A stretch of DNA of 63,444 nucleotides, counting the filler, from Chrysochromulina tobinii (taxonomy: Eukaryota): NCBI GenBank assembly GCA_001275005.1. It is 13 parts of 13 records of this genome, joined end to end, with 100 filler letters (N's around TTAATTAATTAA, not from the genome) between each part and the next. Parts side by side here need not be neighbours in the genome. Positions count along the whole stretch, not along the records: positions 52,398 to 56,254 come from JWZX01000053.1; positions 56,355 to 58,758 come from JWZX01000054.1; positions 58,859 to 60,515 come from JWZX01000056.1; positions 60,616 to 63,444 come from JWZX01000057.1; 9 more parts are not named here. One strand, written 5' to 3'. The translations under genes and the position numbers were made by a program. The stretch's first letter is position 1; each line of letters starts with the position of its first letter. Below are positions 55,448 to 63,444 of the stretch, in pieces. The notes beneath the pieces are model-generated. The model saw only the letters and a program-made list of their open reading frames with translations. It searched no databases and had not been told where the DNA came from.

Positions 55448-56254
55448 TCACGTGCGTCTACAACGCGGCACAGGTGGGGGCGGTGGCAGCCCCGCGGCGC
55501 CCTCGATCTCGGCGCCAAACATGCGCCGAGTTGAGCAGTACTTGGTGGCCTCCGGGCTGCGGCAGAACATGCAGCAGCGCGTGTCGGGCGCCTCGTACTT
55601 GAGTGGCACGTTCACGTACACCTTTAGGTTGTTGTTCGACGCGCGCCACTTTGTGGCGCAGGTCTTATGGACTCGCTTGCCGCAGCACGGCATGACGCCC
55701 ACAGGATTGGTGACGTCTGTTTCGTCAAGCGAGTCGGTACACACGGCGCAGAGCTCGGCGGCGTCGTCGAGCCGCTCTGCATCCATCGCCGCCATGTGCT
55801 CTTGCAGCTTCCGCCGCGTCGGTTGGCCAGAGCATGTAACGGTCGGTTGGCCAGAGCTGCGGCTGCCACCGTCGCCACCGACGGCGCGCCCCTCGCCACT
55901 AGTCGCTGGCGATGAGAGCTTCTGCTGCTGCTGCTGCGCTGATGATGATGATGATGGCGCGCCGGGCGGCATTGGGGTCTCGATCAGATCCCAATTCACA
56001 TGGCCTGCCCCGTGCAGCACCTCGTAGTAGTTACGTTGCTCCGTATGATCGTACACGCGGTATGCCCTTCGCACTGGATCGTACGCGCGGATAGTGGCAT
56101 CGGAGCCGTGCCGGAAGAGGTGGATGATGGTGCCAACCGCGAGCGTCGGGCTCGAGCTCTTGAGCAGCCCAAGCCGCGTCAGCTTCTCCTTAGCATCGGA
56201 CCATGTGGCTGCACGCCTCCTCTTACCCGTCTTCCGGGTCGGCTGCCTGAGCCA
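55448..56254 (-). CDS. RING-finger protein (5' partial)
   Basis: CAVC...MPCCGKRVHKTC...W...CMFCR. Confidence 0.65.
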   Translation of the reverse strand, partial: WLRQPTRKTGKRRRAATWSDAKEKLTRLGLLKSSSPTLAVGTIIHLFRHGSDATIRAYDPVRRAYRVYDHTEQRNYYEVLHGAGHVNWDLIETPMPPGAPSSSSSAQQQQQKLSSPATSGEGRAVGGDGGSRSSGQPTVTCSGQPTRRKLQEHMAAMDAERLDDAAELCAVCTDSLDETDVTNPVGVMPCCGKRVHKTCATKWRASNNNLKVYVNVPLKYEAPDTRCCMFCRSPEATKYCSTRRMFGAEIEGAAGLPPPPPVPRCRRT

Positions 56255-56505
56255 NNNNNNNNNNNNNNNNNNNNNNNNNNNNNNNNNNNNNNNNNNNNTT
56301 AATTAATTAANNNNNNNNNNNNNNNNNNNNNNNNNNNNNNNNNNNNNNNNNNNNCCGTTTTGAGCGCATAACGCCGTTTTGAGCGCGCGCGCGCGCGCGC
56401 AGCGCATCAGCATGAGCGCGCGCATCTGTGCGGTTGGCGCGATCGCATGGAGTTAGGATGGGGAGCATGATTGTGATGGGGTGTTTGAATCGTGTTCTGC
56501 GAGCC

Positions 56506-56670
56506 AATCCATCTCAAATTATCACAATCGATCGCAATCCATCTCAATCCATCTCGCAATCCATCTCGCAATCCATCTCAATCCATCTCGCAATCCATCT
56601 CGCAATCCATCTCGCAATCCATCTCGCAATCCATCGCACAATCCATCGCAATCCATCGCAATCCATCGCA
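56506..56670. repeat. Tandem CGCAATCCATCT-type repeat (10-12-bp units)
   Basis: Direct reading. Confidence 0.9.
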
Positions 56671-57814
56671 GTGGCGGGCTCACCGTTTGAACGCGCAGCA
56701 GCCACGGTTCGAACGCGCAGGGACGAGAGGGGTTGTGTAGATGCGCTGCGATGCAGACCGCGAGGATGGAGAAGTGGTACGTTGACGGCATCCGAGAAGC
56801 TGCGAAGGAGACAGGGGCTGCGCAGAGGGGAGCAGAGTGTGAGTGAGAGTGCGGGCTGCTGGGCTCCTGATAGCATCGCGCTTGGGGCGTACCGAGGGAC
56901 CACGGTCGCAGGTAGTCTGTGGAGTTGCGAGCATGGCAAAGCGTCATAGTGTAACAGTTCAAAGTCTCATAGAATCCACCACGAGCACCACTGTACCCAT
57001 TGGCGCGCTCCTGTTCCATACCAGTTCCACGATCCACTTGGCACCGTGTCCGTGTCCACATCCATGTTCCATTCCCATGTGCAGCAGACCTGAGAGGCAC
57101 AGGCGCAGGGGGGCGAACACGCGAGGATCACAGCGGTGGCCACGCGCAATGCCTCGCGCGCTCTGCCGCGCACACTCCGCAGTTCTCGCGCATCAGCTTG
57201 TGTGGTTGGGGTCGTGCATTCCAATGTGCAGACCTGAGAGGCACCGGGGTAGCACAGGGGCAGTGGCCACAACGCGAGGGTCAGCGGTGTGGCCGCGCGC
57301 GCCATCTCTCGCGCTACGCGCGGCGCGCACTCCGCAATTCTCGCGCAGAGGCATCGGCTTGTGGTGTCCAAGGGACTTGCACGGTACCTGCATTGGCAAA
57401 CGCAACGTGTGGTGAAAGGAGCGCGCGCCATCAGAGGTGTGCAACAGAGGGACGGCTCGAAGGTGCAGTTCCTCCGAGCCATATGGCGCGTGGCGCGGCG
57501 CGAGTGGCGACGCGCCGTTGATGCGCCGCACCTCACGTGGTGTGCTGCAGCGCGCCCCCGCATCGGTTGTTCTGCGCCCCCCGCATGGCCAGCACGCTTG
57601 AAGTGCTCGTTCTCGCTCGTTCAAGTCAAACGATGCGATTCTGTGGGGAGACTTATCATCTGATATCAGCTGATGATTTAGTTGGTAATCACGGAGCGCG
57701 GTGAACACGATTGTGGTGCCTTCACCCCCTAGAACAGCAAAAACATAGTGTGCACGTTCCGCGCAAGTTCCAGATAGCTCTTCCAGTTAGCGCGTGCACA
57801 GCCCTAAACCCGAC

Positions 57815-58758
57815 ATGTGCAACCTCTCGGCTTTCCTCACAGTGGATGTCATCGAGTACGCCCTCGCGTTCGCCGACGTGCCGACGCTGCGCGCGCTCAA
57901 GGGCGTGAGCCTCGCGTGGCGCGCGCGGGCACGGCGCGTCCTGTGCGCGCGGCTGTGCACACGAGTCGGCCTGCCGCTTTCGAGCAACCTCGGCAACGTG
58001 ACGACGCTTGACCTCTCGGGCAGCCGCGCCGCAGGCCGCCTCTTCGCCGACGCGGTCGACGCGGCGTGCGGGCTGCCCAACCTGGCAAGGGTGACTGGGC
58101 TGGGCGGCTTTAAGGTGGACGTGGCCAAGCTGAATAAGGTGATGCCGTCAATTATAAAACATATTGGCCATCAGCCTAAATGGCCGATGACAGAGGTGTG
58201 CGCATGCATCGAAGGCGAGGGCGATGCAACAAAAGGCGAGGGCGATGCACCAATCGAGGTGCTGTTTGCCGCGTTTGCACTGCGTACTCGTGAGGCAGGC
58301 GTGCCGGCATGCGCATTCCTCGAGGACAAATCGATAACGTCGATGAAGCTGCCTGCCGGCCTCACGAGCCTTGGTGAGTACTCCTTTTATAAGTGCCGCT
58401 CGCTGACGTCAATCGCGCTGCCTGCGAGCCTCACGAGGATCGATCAAGGGGCCTTCTCTGGCTGTATCTCGCTGACGACAATCGCGCTGCCCGCAAGCGT
58501 CACGATTCTCGGCCCGTTCGCGTTCTATAAGTGCGAGCGGTTGACGACAATCAATCTGCCCGCCGGCTTGACGAGCATCGGTGCGTACGCCTTCTATGAC
58601 TGCTTCTCGTTGACGTCCATCGCGCTGCCCGCCAGCACCACTGACGTCTTTGAGAACGCCTTAGCTGGATGCCCATGCTTGTGGAAATGGCGACATGTCC
58701 ATAGAGTGCTCCGAAGTGGTGATAGTGATACTGAGAGTGATAGTGATGGCGAGTTGTG
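57815..58758 (+). CDS. F-box-like N-terminus plus BspA-type (LRR_5) leucine-rich repeats (runs to contig edge)
   Basis: LTVDVIEYAL...TLRALKGVSLAWR, then repeats of LP.GLTSIG.YAF..C.SLTSI. Confidence 0.8.
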
Positions 58759-58858
58759 NNNNNNNNNNNNNNNNNNNNNNNNNNNNNNNNNNNNNNNNNN
58801 NNTTAATTAATTAANNNNNNNNNNNNNNNNNNNNNNNNNNNNNNNNNNNNNNNNNNNN

Positions 58859-59909
58859 GGGCGGCTGGCTCGGCAGGTGGCTCGGCTGTGGGGAGCTCGT
58901 TGCTTGTGCCTGCGTGGAGCTGGCTGCCTTGATCACGTCCTTCAAGCCGCCGAAGTTCGGCCTCCTCGTCGCTGTCGACTCGGCCTATGGGGCCACGAGA
59001 GGGGCTGCTTGGCTGGGTAGTGGCTTTGATAGGGTTATAGATGGCTGGAACCGGATGTTTTGGAGTGGCCCTCTGCTTTTGTGGCACGATGGACGACTTT
59101 GCCCCTGCAGACGGTGCGGTAAATGATGAGCCAGCCATAGATGATGAGCCAGCCATAGATGATGAGCTTGCAGTCGATGAGAGCTTCTTGGCCATCTGCA
59201 GCTTGATGTCCTTGAGCTCCTTTTCAAGTTTGTCGTTCATATCACACATTGTGGTCAACTTCTCCTCATATTCGGCACTGAGTGCCTCAGCCTGTTGGGC
59301 TCTGGCCTCAGCCTGTTGGGCTCTGGCCTCTGCTGCAATAACCTTGGCTTGAGCCTCCTGCAGTTGCTGCTGAATCTCCAGAGAGCTTCCAAATAGATCA
59401 TCGTCCCCGTCGTCGAAGGCCCCGGCCTCCTCAATAGGTGGCTCTTCGGCAGGTCCAGCAGCACCAACATGGCCATCATCTTGGGGCCTCTGCTGCCCAG
59501 CTACTTCATGAACAGCCGCTGGAGCTGGTGGTGCTCGCCGAACTGGAGCCGGACCTTGAGCTTCGGCCTCGTGCGTGCTCTCTTCATCACCTGCAGCCGG
59601 TGACGCAGCAGCTCTTCTGGCTGTCTCTGCTGCTGCTGCTGCTGCTGCTCCTGCTCTTGCAGCTGGCGGCGGCAGCGGTGGCGTTGGCTCACGTTGCGGT
59701 AATTGGACGCCTAGACCTCTTAGCTGTGCCTCCAGAACCTTGTTCGTGCCCCATTTCTTCACTTTAGAGCTGCATTTAGCACAGTGAGGCAGGTGAAGGG
59801 ATTTAGGGCCGTGCACCGCCGTTGGCAGCGCGTGAGTAGCCAGCTCTGGCGCAGCTTGTTGCTTTGGGAAGAGGTGGCAGTAGCTGCAGAGAGTGCTGGG
59901 TGTGGCCAT
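58859..59909 (-). CDS. Hypothetical protein with an N-terminal CxxC...CxxC motif and a coiled coil (3' partial)
   Basis: CSYC...HCAKC, then QQAEARAQQAE coiled coil. CpG-poor compared with host genes. Confidence 0.5.
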
Positions 59910-59990
59910 GGTGCGTCGACGTCCGATGTGCGCTGTGCCGCGAGCCCACGGCTCAATCGTGTGAAGACAAGTCAACTCAAGCAAGTAATT

Positions 59991-60392
59991 GACACACACG
60001 TTTTATCTCGATTTTGGTGCGACGAAGCTTTTTGGTAAAGGTTACTTCGTTTTCTCTAAAAGGGCGGGTCTAAAGGGGTTCGCGTTCCAGTCCTGTTTTG
60101 CGGTTTGGTATTGGTTAGGGAACCGGTTCGGAACCGGTTCGAAAGAACCGTTCCAGTCCTTTTTTGGTTATGGAACCGGTTCGGAACCGGTTCCAGTCCT
60201 TTTTTGGTTATGGAACCGGTACGGAACCGGTTCGGAACCGGTTCGGAACCGGTTCGAAAGAACCGTTTCCAGCCCTTTTTGGTAATGGAACCGGTTTGTG
60301 AGATCGCGAGTTTGGCCTGCACTCAGAGCAGCGCAGTTAATACGAACAGGAACGAAATTAAACGTGCGTTCCCTAAGTAAAACGTGTGTGTC
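59991..60392. mobile_element. 402-bp MITE-like or origin-like segment: perfect 15-bp inverted repeats enclosing arrays of the palindrome GAACCGGTTC
   Basis: GACACACACGTTTTA at 59991-60005 and TAAAACGTGTGTGTC at 60378-60392. About 10 GGAACCGGTT(C) units lie between 60119 and 60296. Confidence 0.55.
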
Positions 60393-60616
60393 GTTTTCAG
60401 CTGACCTTTCCGCAAACTTCTCGTGGCCACGAAAAAATCATGCACGCGCTCGAGCGCGCCCGCGCGATTGAAGCCAGGCACGCTGCGAGTGAGGCTGAGG
60501 CGCTGCGACAAAGGANNNNNNNNNNNNNNNNNNNNNNNNNNNNNNNNNNNNNNNNNNNNTTAATTAATTAANNNNNNNNNNNNNNNNNNNNNNNNNNNNN
60601 NNNNNNNNNNNNNNNC

Positions 60617-61357
60617 GGCAAGGACATCTGCTTGGAGACGTGCTTCTGCGCCGATTGCGACGACGGCGGCTCCAGCTCCGAGATGACGATGTGTGCGTAC
60701 AGCACCGACTGCGTGGGCTGTGGACCGCGCCAACCTTTGCCACCATCGCCTCCAAAGGCCCCGCCTGGGCCACAATTGCCAAGGGCCCCGCATGGGCCAC
60801 CATCGCCTCCAAGGGCCCCGCCTGCGACCCCATCGCCTCCCGGCCTGTGCTCAACTGCTGCGTGCCTTGGAATGCACGCTCGCGGCTCCAATTGCGACGA
60901 CGGTGGCCCCGTCGACGACGGTGGCGCCAGCACCGAATTCTCTGACTGCCAATATGGCACCGACTGCGTGGACTGCGGCCCTCGCGCACAGCCGCCCCCG
61001 CTGCTGCTTGACAATACATCAGAGCTGCGCTCAGGCAACACCGGCAAGGTCGTGCACTATACCGGCAAGCGCGTTCGCCCCACCGTCGAGGAAGCGGCGC
61101 ATTTGGTCAGCGACGGCAGCGGTGTGCCTTGGGATGCGGTGGAGTGGCTCGACTTTGGCAACGCACTCTTAGGGTCGCTCGTCTTCGCCGTCAGCTGGAG
61201 GCAAAATCGGTCCAACCGTAACCAGTGCCTCACCTTGGCATTCCTCGTGCTCTGCATCTCGAGGGTGAGCGCCATGGACTCGACATGGCCTGATGGAGAT
61301 GGAACTGCTGCGCATCAGACGGCGTCAGCGGCGCCGCCGAAGCCTCCGCCAACTCCT

Positions 61358-61388
<31 letters not shown>

Positions 61389-63444
61389 TTATCAAATTGT
61401 GCACGGACGAGTTGCGCAGTGGCGCCTTCAACTTAAATGGCGCACCCATGCCGTGCTCCTACTTCTCAGCAAAGCCCTCTGCTTGCGCTTCCTATTCCAT
61501 CGCGCGGACCACTTGCCCGGTCGCGTGCGGAACGTGTTGGCCTCCCCCGCCTGGCCCCTCGGACCTCATGGTCTTGGCAGGCGCCGTAACGAGCCACCCT
61601 GTTGCCGGGGTGCACGCAGTACAGCCACATCCGCTGATGCCACTCGCCCGGCCATCGCCGCCACCGCGACCGCCTTCGACGGAGCTTGGACGAGCCCTCC
61701 CGGGCAGCCAACATGATGGACGACAGCTCGCGCACTCCACATCGATCGTGGGCTCCGGATCGATCGTGGGCAGCGTCGCCTCGGCGTCCCTTGTGCCCAG
61801 TCACCGCCGTGAGCTGCAGACCCAGGTGAGCACCGTCTCCAGCCTGACCAGTGCACTCGCCAACACGGCGGTTGGACGCATTGTACTGGCCTCCGGCACC
61901 TATTACCTCAGCGCCGAGCTCAGCATCACCAGGAGCGTCGTCCTTGAGGCGGCGGTGGCAGGCTCGGTCGTGCTGGATGCACAAGCGAGCTCCTCAAGTG
62001 AGCGTCGAGTGCTGAACATCAACCCGGGCTCGTCGGGAGTCGTGCAGTTGATCGGGCTCAACATCACCGGAGGCAACACGAACTTTGAAAATAACGGCGG
62101 CGGAGTCTACGTCGAGTCAGGCACGGTCACATTTTCGTCTAGCTCCATCTCGGGAAACACAGCCAGCTATTTTGGCGGCGGTGTCTACGTCCAGTCAGGC
62201 ACGGTCACATTTTCGTCTAGCTTCATCTCGGGAAACACAGCTGGCTGGAAATGTGGCGGTGTCTACGTCGAGTCAGGCACGGTCACATTTTCGTCTAGCT
62301 CCATCTCGGGAAACACAGGCGGCGGAGTCTACGTCGAGACAGGCACGGTCTCAATCATCAACTGCCAAGTGTATTCCAACCAAGCTGGTCAAGGCGGCGG
62401 TGTCTTTGTCATTGGAGGCGCAGTCTCAATCGTCAACTCTCAGATCTACTCCAACTCAGCCGGTGGACATGGCGGCGGTGTGGCCATCTTTGGTGGCACA
62501 GTCACGTTTGCATTCTGCAACGTCCATGGGAACATAGCCAACTCTTATCCGGGTGGTGGTGTCTACGTTGGCTGTGATGGCGCGGACTGTGTTGGAGGCG
62601 CAGTCTCAATCGTCAGCTCTCAGATCTACTCCAACTCAGCTACCTCTGGCGGTGGTGTCAGTGTCGAAAGAGGCACAGTCGCCATTGTCAGCTCTCAAAT
62701 CTACTCCAACTCATATCTCAATGTCAATGTCAACTACTATGGCACCGCCTGCTCCTTCGCAACGACCCTCACCGACGTCGATGGCACAGTCTCAACTTGC
62801 CCGGCACCGCCACCCGCGTCGCCTCCCACGCCACCCGCATCGCCGCCGCCGCCGTCGCCGCCACCGCCGCCGCCCTCGCCGCCGCCGTCGCCACCCTCGC
62901 CACCCGCGTCGCCACCTTCGCCACCCTCACCACCGTCGCCGCCGCTGCCGCCGAATGCGCCAGGCACCTCGGTGGTGAGCGACAGCGCCGGCCTTACCAG
63001 CGCTCTCGCCAACCCCGACGTCGGCCACATCGTCCTTGCCCCCGGCACCTACGCCCTCAGCGCCGAGCTCAGCATCACCAGGAGCGTCGTCCTCGAGGCG
63101 GCGGCGGCAGGCTCGGTCGTGCTGGATGCACAAGCGAGCTCCTCGAGTGATCGTCGAGTGCTGAGCATCAACCCAGGCTCGTCGGGCGTCGTGCTGTTGA
63201 TCAAACTCGGCATCACGGGAGGCTATTCCTTTGGGCATGGCGGTGGTGGAGTCTACGTCGAGTCAGGCACGGTCTCAATCATCAACTCCCAAGTGTATTC
63301 CAACGCTGCTTATCGAGGCGGCGGTGTCTTTGTCATTGGAGGCGCAGTCTCAATCGTCAGCTCTCAGATCTACTCCAACTCAGCTACCTCTGGCGGTGGT
63401 GTCAGTGTCGAAAGAGGCACAGTCGCCATTGTCAGCTCTCAAAT
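60617..63444 (+). CDS. Large extracellular protein: CDDGG Cys modules, ShK-like motif, Pro-rich linkers and repeated Pmp-like/pectin-lyase beta-helix domains (partial at both ends)
   Basis: Frame checked manually at several points and appears open throughout. IVLASGTYYLSAELSITRSVVLEA...RVLNI, then repeated GGGVYV.SGTV...S.I.SN.A. Confidence 0.8.

Overview
The window is not contiguous. It is 13 unlinked contigs joined by twelve 100-nt artificial linkers (N44-TTAATTAATTAA-N44), so adjacency across linkers means nothing. The DNA is GC-rich, eukaryotic and contains spliceosomal introns. I infer a haptophyte alga (probably Prymnesiales/Chrysochromulina-like) from composition, a GC-AG intron, a signal-peptide-bearing ClpS and the protein families present. 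Host genes: a C-type lectin, a CAX Ca2+/H+ antiporter, an ankyrin plus 3'-5' exonuclease fusion, GT31- and GT34-like glycosyltransferases, p47/UBX, DUF2786, RRM, TIR, alpha-tubulin, ClpS, TRAPPC2, OSCP1, DUF1800-like, WD40, HET-like+MORN, ankyrin, RING, F-box-like+BspA LRR and a beta-helix surface protein. Mobile DNA: a Copia gag-pol, two DIRS-type RT/RNase H elements (one next to a divergently oriented CCCH gag-like ORF, one carrying a C5-methyltransferase-like domain and an internal inversion), a deleted non-LTR RT remnant and MITE-like structures. The most striking signal is a family of 8 introns in 3 unrelated genes on 3 contigs. They are built from tandem branch-point-like units (CTGATTGC/CTGATGRC). 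Most end in a shared acceptor, CCCTCATCAG or a close variant, and all carry copies of their own flanking exon sequence, including copies of the uninterrupted exon-exon junction. This looks like an intron-generating mechanism based on local templated duplication plus a branch/acceptor cassette.
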